From Desulfovibrionales bacterium (GTDB lineage Bacteria > Desulfobacterota > QYQD01), in NCBI GenBank assembly GCA_028715605.1, contig JAQURM010000006.1, positions 59,589 to 123,588 of the forward strand: a DNA stretch of 64,000 nucleotides, written 5' to 3'. Under the pieces are notes generated by a model, which was not told where the DNA came from, did not search any database, and saw only the letters and a list, made by a program, of their open reading frames with translations. The position numbers and the translations under genes are program-made. This document shows, in pieces, positions 11,145 through 20,768 of this stretch (position 1 is the first letter of the stretch; every line of letters starts with the position of its first letter).

Positions 11145-12635
11145 ATGCACTTAGATGGTGAAAGAAGAAGACATTTTCGTATCCCGTTACGGCTTCCCGT
11201 CCGTCACCGTGTTGCCGGCAGAGATTTTGAAGACAGTATTGCCTTAGATATTCATCAAAACGGGGCGTTTATTTTATCGGAAGAACTACCGGACGTTGGA
11301 ACCGCCATAAATCTGAATTTTACCATTCCGGAAACGGACCAGTTAGTCAGAGTCAAAGGCGACGTACGCTGGGTCATTGATCGTCAACCCAATCATGAAT
11401 CCGGTATGGGCGTTAAATTTGAAAAACCTGTCTCCTTTGTAATGCCCATAGAATTGGTCTCACAATATATGGATAATAACCTGGCGGCATTTGTTGATTA
11501 TGCCCGGCATCCATTTTACCCTGAGATTCAACAACTCAAAAATCTGAATAACCACGTCATTAACTCGGTAAATAATGGGGTTATTATATTAGACGAGGAA
11601 TTTGTAATCAGAAATTACAATCCAAAGCAATGTGCTGCATTCATACCGGAAAAGCAAAAAGTAATCGGCCGACCCATCTGGGAGGTGAATAAGCTATTTA
11701 ATTTACGGTATCAGGAAAAGACATTTAAAGACATATTGCAGGAAGTCTTGGGTGGTAAGAGCTATAGAATTAAAAATGTTGCTTATGAACCACCTCTAAA
11801 AGAATCAAATAATCACTATCTAGACTTAGAACTAAGGCCTGTTATTGAGACTAGTGGAGCTGTTTCAGGTATAATAATCGTAATCCAGGACGTTTCAAAG
11901 GAAAGGCAATGGTCCTTACGGGAAAAAGAGCTTGAATCAGTCCTTATTGAACAATCCAGACATTCTTCCGTCGGGTTAATAATAAAAGGGTTATTGAATA
12001 ATATGGTTAATCCCCTTTCTTCCATACAAGGCCGACTTGAACTGTTAAATCTCGAGATGCAGGCCGGTAAAAATAACTTGGCAGATTCTTCTCATAGCGC
12101 CCAGGGGATAGATAAACTTGATAAGTATATAGAAGGTCTGAGGATGATCGGTCATAATGTACAAATCCTCTCTGATCTATGTCGTAATTTCATGGCCAGG
12201 ATAAAGAAAGAGCAGGACACGATGCCCCGGCTTCTTAATCTGAACGATATTATTATGAACGAGATTATGTTCCTGGAAGCAAACCAGAAATTCAGGTATG
12301 AAATTAACAAAAAGTTGGCCCTGGCAAAAGACCTTCCCTTTATATGGGGGGCTTATATCGATTTTTCACAACTTATTTTCAATCTCTTAGACTATTGCAT
12401 CAAGGCCATGAACCTTTCTGATAAAAAGGAGCTTTTTATTTCCACCGGATTTGAAAATAATATGATTTGTCTGGATATAAAACATTCGGGTACGGCCTCA
12501 AAACAAGCACCACAAAACGATTTTCTGCTATGTCTTCTTAATCTTTTAAGAAAAAAATACAATTTTGACCTATCCGTCCAGGAACAATATAGCAACACCA
12601 TATTTTCTCTACGTATCCCGGTTTCTGAAGATTAA
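11145..12635 (+). CDS. PilZ domain - PAS - degenerate histidine-kinase-like protein
   Basis: N-terminal PilZ motifs RRHFR and DIHQNG. A PAS region follows. The DHp-like segment has the phospho-His position replaced (LLNNMVNPL). The HATPase domain is truncated. Confidence 0.6.
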   Translation: MHLDGERRRHFRIPLRLPVRHRVAGRDFEDSIALDIHQNGAFILSEELPDVGTAINLNFTIPETDQLVRVKGDVRWVIDRQPNHESGMGVKFEKPVSFVMPIELVSQYMDNNLAAFVDYARHPFYPEIQQLKNLNNHVINSVNNGVIILDEEFVIRNYNPKQCAAFIPEKQKVIGRPIWEVNKLFNLRYQEKTFKDILQEVLGGKSYRIKNVAYEPPLKESNNHYLDLELRPVIETSGAVSGIIIVIQDVSKERQWSLREKELESVLIEQSRHSSVGLIIKGLLNNMVNPLSSIQGRLELLNLEMQAGKNNLADSSHSAQGIDKLDKYIEGLRMIGHNVQILSDLCRNFMARIKKEQDTMPRLLNLNDIIMNEIMFLEANQKFRYEINKKLALAKDLPFIWGAYIDFSQLIFNLLDYCIKAMNLSDKKELFISTGFENNMICLDIKHSGTASKQAPQNDFLLCLLNLLRKKYNFDLSVQEQYSNTIFSLRIPVSED

Positions 12636-12752
12636 AAGGCAGTCCCAGGAGTCATTAGTCCCAAGTCGATAGTCAGCAGTCAGAAGAAGAGTGATGGGGC
12701 ATGGCTCATAGCTCAGGTTCATAGCTGAAAGCTGATCGCTGAGACATGACCT

Positions 12753-13841
12753 ATGATCGAAATCGATGGCTCCTATGGAGAGGGAGGCGGGCAGATATTA
12801 CGGACCGCTCTAAGTCTATCCTGTCTCCTCCAGAAGCCCTTCCGCATCTATAACATCCGCGCTAACAGAAAAAATCCCGGTCTGCGCCCGCAGCATCTGG
12901 CCGGTGTAAGGGCAGCAAGGGAGATCAGCCAGGCAGCAGTTGACGGCGCTACCATCGGTTCAACTACCCTTGCCTTTCGGCCTGTTACACTAAAAGGCGG
13001 CAAGTATCTCTTTGATGTGTCCGAAGAAAGAGGAAGCGCCGGATCTGTCTCTCTGGTTTTTCAAACCATATCACTTCCATTAGCTTTTGCAGGCGAGCCT
13101 TCCGATGTGACCATAAAAGGCGGCACTCATGTGCCTTGGAGTCCACCCTTTCACTACCTGGCCGGGGTATTTATCCCCACCATAGAGGGAATGGGCATGG
13201 TGGTGGATTCCCATCTTGAACGATGGGGTTGGTATCCTATGGGCGAAGGTATTGTCCATTTCTCCATAAAGCCGGTTACCCGGCTGAAGGGTATATCTAA
13301 AACCGACAATCTGCAACCGGAAGAGGTGACCGCAATATCAGCAGCTTCTAATCTTCCGGAACACATCGTAACCCGGCAGAAGAGACAATTGTTAAAGAGA
13401 ATTTTCAAAGATACGCCACAGCGTGCCACTGAGGGGACAACAGTATCCTGTGAAGAGATTGCGGCGCCTTCAATTGGTCAGGGAACTTTTGTGTTCTTAA
13501 GGGTTCGGGGAGGCGATTCCTTTGCCGGTTTTTCGGCCTTAGGGGCCAGAGGGAAACGGGCGGAAGAAGTAGCCGATGAGACTGCCGATTTATTCCTCTC
13601 CTTTCTGGATAGTCAGGCGGCCGTAGATAGACACCTGGCCGATCAGCTCATTCCCTATATGGCCATGGCAGATGGGAAAAGCAAAATATTTACCGCAGAA
13701 ATAACCCTGCACCTCATGACCAATATCCGTGTTGTTGAACAGTTTACTCAAGCCAAGTTTCACGTAGAAGGTACGCTTGGCACTACCGGCATCGTAACAT
13801 GCGTTCCAGAATCCCCAAAAACCCCTATTATAACACGTTAG
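12753..13841 (+). CDS. rtcA: RNA 3'-terminal phosphate cyclase RtcA
   Basis: Strong end-to-end resemblance to RtcA (DGSYGEGGGQILRTALSLS). Confidence 0.85.
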   Translation: MIEIDGSYGEGGGQILRTALSLSCLLQKPFRIYNIRANRKNPGLRPQHLAGVRAAREISQAAVDGATIGSTTLAFRPVTLKGGKYLFDVSEERGSAGSVSLVFQTISLPLAFAGEPSDVTIKGGTHVPWSPPFHYLAGVFIPTIEGMGMVVDSHLERWGWYPMGEGIVHFSIKPVTRLKGISKTDNLQPEEVTAISAASNLPEHIVTRQKRQLLKRIFKDTPQRATEGTTVSCEEIAAPSIGQGTFVFLRVRGGDSFAGFSALGARGKRAEEVADETADLFLSFLDSQAAVDRHLADQLIPYMAMADGKSKIFTAEITLHLMTNIRVVEQFTQAKFHVEGTLGTTGIVTCVPESPKTPIITR

Positions 13842-13850
13842 GTGCTTGAA

Positions 13851-13975
13851 ACCTTCCTACCTACACTCAGAAAAGGCTATTAATCTGGAACTCAGAAAAT
13901 CAGGAAAAGATAGACCCTCTTTATTTGGGTTTGCACTTCCCTGAGTTCCTGATTTCCAAATTTGATTGAGCTTTG
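13851..13975. repeat. Repeat family E (acactcagaaaaggctattaatctggaactca...)
   Basis: Related copy at 60765-60960. Confidence 0.6.
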
Positions 13976-13981
13976 ACCTTC

Positions 13982-16252
13982 TTATTTTGTACTTAGAAGG
14001 GCCTTTTCCGCCTCTCTAGCCTCCAGGAAGGCGCGACTTATACTTAGTGCCCGATTTAGTTCTGCTTTGGCCCGGGCCTTATTTCCTTTCTTCAGATAGG
14101 CCATGCCTAAGTGATAATGGATGGTAGGATGATTAGGAATCTTCTTAATGGCATCTTCAAACTCTCTTATAGCCCTATCAACAACGTTTTTCTTATAGTA
14201 GATCCATCCCAGAGTATCAGCGATGCCCGGGTCTTCAGGGTTCTGCTCTTTGGCCATTTGGGCCAGGGTAAGGGCTTCATCTATGTTTCCGCCATGTTCC
14301 GCCAGGTTACAGGCCAGGTTATTTGCCGCCGGTGCAAATTTCGGATTGATTTTTAAGATTTCCCGATATTCTTTCTGGGCAGCGTCATATTTACCCCGGG
14401 ATTCATATAAGACCCCCAGACTCATGCGGGCGGTTATAGCCTTTGGATTCCTTTTTATAGCCTCCTGAAACTCTGCCATGGCCTTATCTGTGCGTTTTGT
14501 GGCTGCATAAAGCCTCCCCAGGGCCATATACGGAGAGACAAAGTCAGGACTGATACTAATCGCCTTCTTGTAGTTTACTTCCGCAAGATCAACCTTCTGA
14601 TCCGCCAGGTGGAGATTGCCGAGCAGGTTATAGATAAAAGGATTGTTGGGGGAACGTTTAAGTTGTTCTTCCGACCGGGTTATGGCCTTTTTTAGATCTC
14701 TCCCCGCCACGTGAATAGAAACCACCTGGTTCAAGGCATCAATAAGATGGGGATTTAACTTTAAGGCGTCTTCAAACTCATTTAACGCCGGATTATTCTG
14801 GCCCATCACACGGTAAGCTATACCCAGACGATAATAACCTGCCGGTGACCTGGGAGCTATTTTCTTGGCCTCCTGATATTCCGTTTGCGCCTCCTTGACC
14901 TTCTTTTGCCCCATATAACTGTCTCCTAGGAGGAGCCTGGCCTGGAGATTTCCCGGCTGAATCTTGATCGCTTCCTGCAATTCCCTTTGCGCAGCATCAA
15001 CGGCCCGTTCTCCCAGATATATCTCGGCCAGTAGCAATCTTGCCTTTGTAAGGCCCGGCGACTGCTTAACGACCTCGACTAGGCTGTTTTTGGCCAGTTG
15101 CGTTTCACCTTTTCCTATATGGGCTAAGGCCTTATAATAGCGGACGTCCTGAAGACGCGGCTCCTCTTTAAGAATCCCATCAAATTCGGTCAAGGCATTG
15201 GTAAAATCTCTCTTCTTGAGATAAATCCGGCCCTTAAGTATCCGGGCCGGGATGTTCTTTTCGTTTTCGTCAAGGATGTCTTCTAGTTTTTTTTCGGCCT
15301 CTTTTATCTTTCCGAAATCATAATAGAGCGTGGCTATGGCATTTTTGATATTCAGATTGTCCGGTTTTGCCTCTGAAGCCTTCTTGAAACCGGCAAGGGC
15401 CGGTTCAAATTTATTCTGTAAGGCATAATATTGTCCCAGGACCATAAAAGGTTTCGGGTCCTTGGGATCGATCTGGGCGGCCTTTTTAAAGGTACCCTCA
15501 GCCTCTGCCGGCCTGCGTGTTGCCATATAGAAATTGCCTAGTATAATGTAATAGTCTGCCTTCTTGGGATTTAAGGAGATAATTTTTTTCAATTCGGCTT
15601 CTGCCTGGTCAATCCGTCCGGTATGGGCATAAAAATCAGCCAGTGTGAGCCGGGGGCCAGGCGCTTTTTCATCTGCCGCCATTGCCTTTTTAAGGTATTC
15701 CTCCGCGAGATCTAATTTCTTCTGCCTTGCATAAATCCTGGCCAGTAATATGTAGGCCGGGGACTGTTTAGGATCGAGAGCAATAATTTTATTCAGGGTG
15801 GCAATAGTTTCGTCAGGTTTACCTTCTGCCAATAGAATGTTGCCTGACAGATAGAGGGCGTCAATATTGTCAGGCTCCTTTTTTAGGACTAAGGCGGCCT
15901 TTTCCTTTGCCTCCGGCAGTTTTCGGCCTAACATGTATAAATTCCCAAGTTTAATCTGGGCATCGTAAAGCTCAGGATTAAGTTCCACCGTTCGGTTTAG
16001 TTCTCCAAACGCACCCCTTAGATTCCCCTTTTTGAGTTGAGCAAGGCCTAATTGATAGTGCCCATCCACATATTTGGGATCGATCTGGAGGGCGTTCTTA
16101 AATTCAATAATAGCCTCATCCAGCTTATTTTCCTTAACCAACTCCATGCCCTTTTTATAATGTTTGGCCTTTTTTTCCTCGGGAGTGCTGCAAGCGACAC
16201 AAATCAGCATCATTACTGCAACCAGGGAAAACCAAAACTTCTTTGTTCTCAT
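13982..16252 (-). CDS. TPR-repeat protein with an N-terminal signal peptide (756 aa)
   Basis: Hydrophobic N-terminus and more than 15 tandem TPR units. Confidence 0.8.
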   Translation of the reverse strand: MRTKKFWFSLVAVMMLICVACSTPEEKKAKHYKKGMELVKENKLDEAIIEFKNALQIDPKYVDGHYQLGLAQLKKGNLRGAFGELNRTVELNPELYDAQIKLGNLYMLGRKLPEAKEKAALVLKKEPDNIDALYLSGNILLAEGKPDETIATLNKIIALDPKQSPAYILLARIYARQKKLDLAEEYLKKAMAADEKAPGPRLTLADFYAHTGRIDQAEAELKKIISLNPKKADYYIILGNFYMATRRPAEAEGTFKKAAQIDPKDPKPFMVLGQYYALQNKFEPALAGFKKASEAKPDNLNIKNAIATLYYDFGKIKEAEKKLEDILDENEKNIPARILKGRIYLKKRDFTNALTEFDGILKEEPRLQDVRYYKALAHIGKGETQLAKNSLVEVVKQSPGLTKARLLLAEIYLGERAVDAAQRELQEAIKIQPGNLQARLLLGDSYMGQKKVKEAQTEYQEAKKIAPRSPAGYYRLGIAYRVMGQNNPALNEFEDALKLNPHLIDALNQVVSIHVAGRDLKKAITRSEEQLKRSPNNPFIYNLLGNLHLADQKVDLAEVNYKKAISISPDFVSPYMALGRLYAATKRTDKAMAEFQEAIKRNPKAITARMSLGVLYESRGKYDAAQKEYREILKINPKFAPAANNLACNLAEHGGNIDEALTLAQMAKEQNPEDPGIADTLGWIYYKKNVVDRAIREFEDAIKKIPNHPTIHYHLGMAYLKKGNKARAKAELNRALSISRAFLEAREAEKALLSTK

Positions 16253-16290
16253 TCAAGTCTCCTTGTCATTGAGCCTTCAGCTTTCAGCTA

Positions 16291-17034
16291 TCAGCCATGA
16301 GCTGTTCGTTGCCGCACTATCTCAAAGAGAATCACGGCTCCGGCCACCGCGGCATTAAGGGAAGAGACCTTCCCTGACATGGGGATAGAGACCATTAGAT
16401 CACAATGCCTTCTGACCAAAGGACGCATGCCTTTTGCCTCGCTGCCGATAACTAAGGCCACATTAGTTTTAAGATCCGTCTCATAAATCGTCTTATCGGC
16501 CCCGGCATCTGTGCCGATAACCCAATATCCGGCCTCTTTTAATCTTTCAAGCGCCCTCACAATATTTGTAACCCTGGCCACAGGCACATAAGTGAGCGCG
16601 CCGGCGGCCACCTTTTCTACTGTCCCGGTGACCTGTGCAGACCGGTCCTTAGGAATTACAATGCCTTGAACCCCGGCAGCGTGTCCGCTTCTTATTAATG
16701 AGCCAAGGTTCTGGGGATCAACTATCCCGTCCAACACCATTATCAGCCCGTATGTCGCAGGAGCGGCATAACTTAATATATCTTCTAAGGTTTTGTAACT
16801 AATTTCTTGAATATATGCGACTATACCCTGATGATGGCTATGGCCGACAATGTGTTCCAGTACCTCTTCCTTCTCAAACTGTACGCTAACTGACAGCGAA
16901 CGGGCCAGTTCTATGATGGCCTGCCTGGCCTTTCCCTGACCGCCGTACTTAACCAGGATCTTTTGGACTAATTCCGGATTGTTTTTGAGCTTTTCTTGGA
17001 CCGGGTGTATTCCCCATATCAGATCAGGCATCAT
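16291..17034 (-). CDS. rlmB: 23S rRNA 2'-O-methyltransferase, RlmB / TrmH (SpoU) family
   Basis: SpoU MTase motifs and the RlmB N-terminal domain. Confidence 0.75.
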   Translation of the reverse strand: MMPDLIWGIHPVQEKLKNNPELVQKILVKYGGQGKARQAIIELARSLSVSVQFEKEEVLEHIVGHSHHQGIVAYIQEISYKTLEDILSYAAPATYGLIMVLDGIVDPQNLGSLIRSGHAAGVQGIVIPKDRSAQVTGTVEKVAAGALTYVPVARVTNIVRALERLKEAGYWVIGTDAGADKTIYETDLKTNVALVIGSEAKGMRPLVRRHCDLMVSIPMSGKVSSLNAAVAGAVILFEIVRQRTAHG

Positions 17035-17055
17035 CTACCCGCTATTCGCTAAACG

Positions 17056-17667
17056 CTATACGCTGATTGACAACCAGTTGAGTGAAGGAACGACGCGGGA
17101 GCGGCGGCAACGTTCGGCCTGGACTATAGCTGTAAAATTACGAACTGCCTCGTCCAGGTCATCATTTATGATAACGTAATCATATTCCCGAACAGCCCTT
17201 ACCTCGCTGCGGGCATTGGCCATACGCAGTTTTAAGGCCTCTTCGTCATCACTCTGTCTTTTCCTGAGCCGTTCCTCCAAAACCTCCCAGGAGGGGGGCA
17301 AGATAAATATGAGTATGGCCTCAGATAGTTGATCCCGCACCTGTCTTGCGCCCTGGACATCTATGTCCAGCAGGATGTCTTTCCCTGATCCCAGGCAGTC
17401 ATTTATCTGTCTTTTAGCCGTGCCATAGTAGTTGTTATGTACAAGGGCCCACTCCAGAAAATCTTTGCGTTCCCTCATGCGAAGAAATTCATCTTCGGAG
17501 ACAAAGAAATAATCAACCCCGTCCTTTTCGCCGTAACGCGGCGGACGTGTGGTATGTGAGATAGAATAGGCCAGATCCGGTATAGACTCCAGGACCCGAT
17601 GGCATACCGTGGTCTTTCCGGCCCCGGAAGGCGCAGAAATTACGAACAAACTACCTTTTCCCGGCAC
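17056..17667 (-). CDS. gmk: Guanylate kinase
   Basis: P-loop GAGKTT with the Gmk signature. Confidence 0.9.
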   Translation of the reverse strand: MPGKGSLFVISAPSGAGKTTVCHRVLESIPDLAYSISHTTRPPRYGEKDGVDYFFVSEDEFLRMRERKDFLEWALVHNNYYGTAKRQINDCLGSGKDILLDIDVQGARQVRDQLSEAILIFILPPSWEVLEERLRKRQSDDEEALKLRMANARSEVRAVREYDYVIINDDLDEAVRNFTAIVQAERCRRSRVVPSLNWLSISV

Positions 17668-17951
17668 TATTTTTCTTTCACCTCTTCTTCCTTGTAAATA
17701 TCACTCGTAAAACGCTGGGCAATAGTCTCGGCCTGGATTGCGGAGAGGATAATATGGTTGCTGTCCGTAACGATAATAGAACGCGTCCTCCTACCCTGGG
17801 TAGCATCAATCAGCAGCTTACTTCCTTTGGCCTCTTCCTTTAATCTCTTCATCGGCGCTGAACTTGGGTTGACAATAGCAATTATCCTGTCCATCACCAC
17901 GGAATTGCCAAAACCTATGTTGAGCAATCTTGAATCCATAGTCTTACTCAC
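17667..17951 (-). CDS. DUF370 (RemA/YlzA-like) protein
   Basis: Small conserved protein in the yicC-DUF370-gmk arrangement. Confidence 0.7.
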   Translation of the reverse strand: MSKTMDSRLLNIGFGNSVVMDRIIAIVNPSSAPMKRLKEEAKGSKLLIDATQGRRTRSIIVTDSNHIILSAIQAETIAQRFTSDIYKEEEVKEK

Positions 17952-18012
17952 TTTTTAATGACTCCCTTACATAAAATTAGCTATCAGCAAGCTAAAAGCT
18001 GATGGCTGATAG

Positions 18013-18894
18013 CTACTCTACATTTTGCACCTGTTCCCGCATCTTTTCCAGTTCACACTTGATATCCACAACCTTGTGGGAAATAAACGTATCTCCTCCG
18101 GCCTTTGAACCTATGGTATTGGCCTCACGGTGCATTTCCTGGATAAGGAAATCAAGTTTTCTGCCTATAGCTCCATCGGTATCCGTTAATCCCCTGAATT
18201 GATCGAAATGACTTCTTATGCGGACCAGCTCCTCGGTAACGTCAGAACGGTCCGCCATAATGGCTACCTCCTGGGCAAGACGCATTGGGTCAGCCTCTAT
18301 ATCCTCTAAAAGTGTCTTAATTCTCTCCTGCAGCTTATCCCTGTACAACTTTATTACCTCAGGGACGCGATTCTGTATATCATTAACCAAAGAAGAAAGG
18401 AGGTCAAGTCGTTTTATAAGATCGGCATAAAGCGCCCTACCCTCCTCTATCCTCATTTGTTCCATAGAACTCATGCCTTCGACAAGGATTGGTTCCATAA
18501 TCTTCCAATCTTTTTCCAGGTCTATCTCTTCCTCTTTTATCAAAATAAGATCCTTAAGGGAAGCCATAAGGGAGAGTTCTATCTCCCCCTTAAGGTCGAA
18601 TTGTTCCTTCAGGCGGCCTAGAATCTTGTGATAGGCAGCAGCCAATCCCATGTCCAACTCGAGGTTTTGTATCCTTGTTGCGTCGCCATTAACCTGGAGC
18701 ATAATTTCTATTCTGCCCCGGGAAAATTGTGAGGCTATCTTTTTCTTGATTCGTTCTTCTAGGGGTGTATATTTTTTGGGGAGCCGTAAACTGATATCTA
18801 AATATCTATGGTTTACCGACTTCATTTCGATAGTCAGTAGTCCACACGGTAGTTCACCATTGGCCCGACCAAAGGCCGTCATACTTTTAAGCAC
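18013..18894 (-). CDS. yicC: YicC/YloC family stress-induced protein
   Basis: N-terminal MTAFGRA...SVNHRYLD is characteristic of the family. Confidence 0.8.
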   Translation of the reverse strand: MLKSMTAFGRANGELPCGLLTIEMKSVNHRYLDISLRLPKKYTPLEERIKKKIASQFSRGRIEIMLQVNGDATRIQNLELDMGLAAAYHKILGRLKEQFDLKGEIELSLMASLKDLILIKEEEIDLEKDWKIMEPILVEGMSSMEQMRIEEGRALYADLIKRLDLLSSLVNDIQNRVPEVIKLYRDKLQERIKTLLEDIEADPMRLAQEVAIMADRSDVTEELVRIRSHFDQFRGLTDTDGAIGRKLDFLIQEMHREANTIGSKAGGDTFISHKVVDIKCELEKMREQVQNVE

Positions 18895-18997
18895 TGTTTA
18901 CTCCTTGCTATCAGCTTTCAGCGTTCAGCAGTCAGCTTTATTTGACTCCCAGACTTTGACTTTTGTTTTCTGATAGCTGACCGCTGATTGCTGAGAG

Positions 18998-19519
18998 CTA
19001 TTTTAACTGAAAAAGATATTTTCGCCGGATCTGTTCCATGATCGTCCTCACCTTCTGACTGGCATAATCCGGATATGTCCAGGGCAGGGTCTGAAACCCG
19101 CCCTTACTGTAGATGAGGGTGAGATCAGCATAAATCCCCTTGCCCAGGTAAATACGATGGGTATAGTTCTTACCCGTGGCCAGAATCAACCTTTCGGCCA
19201 CTATGTACCCCGGATCAATATTTACCTGTCGCCTGCCTTCCAAGGCCCCTTCCATCTCCGCGGCATTGGTCTCATGTTTAAGGTCTGGCAGGAGATAAGG
19301 GTCTATCAGCTTTTCAACGGCGGCAAACCGCCGCACAAGAGGAGCGCCCAGCTCTGTGTTATAATAATCCGTCTGATCAAAAGGCAAAACTTCGCTTATG
19401 AAGTCCACATCGCCCCATCGGTCGGCCAAGGCCTTTATAGTCTCATTAATCAGGGCTTCGTCCTTAGCTATAATGCTCACCAAAAGTTTGGCTGGAGGGG
19501 AAGGTTTTGGCTTGCTCAT
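18998..19519 (-). CDS. Hypothetical protein (possibly DUF4416 family)
   Basis: The ORF has a start, a stop and coding-like composition. There is no recognisable catalytic motif. Confidence 0.4.
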   Translation of the reverse strand: MSKPKPSPPAKLLVSIIAKDEALINETIKALADRWGDVDFISEVLPFDQTDYYNTELGAPLVRRFAAVEKLIDPYLLPDLKHETNAAEMEGALEGRRQVNIDPGYIVAERLILATGKNYTHRIYLGKGIYADLTLIYSKGGFQTLPWTYPDYASQKVRTIMEQIRRKYLFQLK

Positions 19520-19592
19520 ATTATCTTATTTCACCGCAACGGACGCAAAGTTTTTATCTTTTTATCTCAGCGTTTCCAGCGGCAAATATCGT

Positions 19593-19681
19593 GAATGTCA
19601 TTAGTCAATAGTCATTTGTCGCTGGTAAAAGAGATCAGTCTTTCAGGCTCAACCAATGACCGATGACTAATGACCAGTGAC
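19593..19681. repeat. Palindromic GTCA-heptamer repeat (family B), copy 2
   Basis: Near-identical to 4617-4707. Confidence 0.75.
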
Positions 19682-19692
19682 ATCGTCTATAA

Positions 19693-20682
19693 TTACAGGT
19701 TAGTAATGGCATTTATCAATTCCACCGCCCGTACAGTAGCCGTGCCAATTTTCCCTACCACGATGCCGGCGGCAAAATTAGCCAGGGTGGCTGCCTCGCG
19801 CGGGGTAAGGCCGGCAGCAAGTCCCATGGTCATAGTAGCAATCACCGTGTCCCCGGCCCCCGTGACATCATAAACCTCTTTGGCCACCGTGGGGATGAAA
19901 TACATCCCCTGCCCTTTCTCGATAAGCGCCATGCCGGCCTCTCCACGGGTAACAAGGGCGGCCTTGCATTGGACCAGCTTCTTTAGTTTTTCCCCGGCCC
20001 GGGTTAGTGATTCGTCTGAATCAATCCTGATACCCGTTATGCTTTCCGCCTCAAGCTGGTTTGGGGTAAAAATAGTCACACCCTTGAAGAGGCGCACATC
20101 CCGCACCTTGGGATCCACGGCCCAGATAACCTTATTTTTGGACAGAAGGGCCCTTAAGCCATCCATCAACTTTGGACAGATCACTCCCTTGGCGTAGTCT
20201 GAAATTATAACGGCAGAGATATCGGCAAGGTTGTCGCGGACACAGTATAAGATTTTCTTGATACTCTCTTTTGATATTTTTTCCCGGTTCTCCCGGTCAA
20301 AACGCACTACCTGCTGTCCATGGGCTACGATACGTGTCTTGACCGTAGTCGGCCTCAATTCCTCGACCACGATGCCCTCAGTAGTACAGCCGAGTTTCCG
20401 TAATTCCCTGACCACGCGGCGTCCCATCTCATCCCTGCCCACGACCGCACAAAGAGATGCCTTTGCGCTGAGCGAGCAGATATTGTGCACTACGTTTCCC
20501 GCCCCTCCCAGCATCCGGGACTCATCCCTTACATCAACCACCGGTATCGGGGCCTCAGGAGAGATGCGGGATACCTTGCCCCATATAAATTCGTCCATCA
20601 TGACATCGCCGATAACCATGATTTTTACGGCGTGAAAACGGTTAACAGCTTCCTTCAATTTTTCTTTATCAAGGCCTGTCAT
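19693..20682 (-). CDS. hldE: D-glycero-beta-D-manno-heptose-7-phosphate kinase (RfaE/HldE domain I, PfkB family)
   Basis: Close match to the HldE N-terminal kinase domain (VIGDVMMDEFIWGKVSRISPEAPIPVV). Confidence 0.8.
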   Translation of the reverse strand: MTGLDKEKLKEAVNRFHAVKIMVIGDVMMDEFIWGKVSRISPEAPIPVVDVRDESRMLGGAGNVVHNICSLSAKASLCAVVGRDEMGRRVVRELRKLGCTTEGIVVEELRPTTVKTRIVAHGQQVVRFDRENREKISKESIKKILYCVRDNLADISAVIISDYAKGVICPKLMDGLRALLSKNKVIWAVDPKVRDVRLFKGVTIFTPNQLEAESITGIRIDSDESLTRAGEKLKKLVQCKAALVTRGEAGMALIEKGQGMYFIPTVAKEVYDVTGAGDTVIATMTMGLAAGLTPREAATLANFAAGIVVGKIGTATVRAVELINAITNL

Positions 20683-20768
20683 ATCTCTAACCTAACTTTG
20701 AACGTTATATTAAGTCTTGACGGGTAACATACCATATATCCACACCGGGAAGCAATATATGTGCATGT

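Noticed and set aside
12636-12752. Searched for a second sigma-54 promoter directly upstream of rtcA.
   Set aside because: tggggcatggctcatagct does not fit the TGGCAC-N5-TTGC spacing. The region is instead a GTCA/AGCTGA repeat block.
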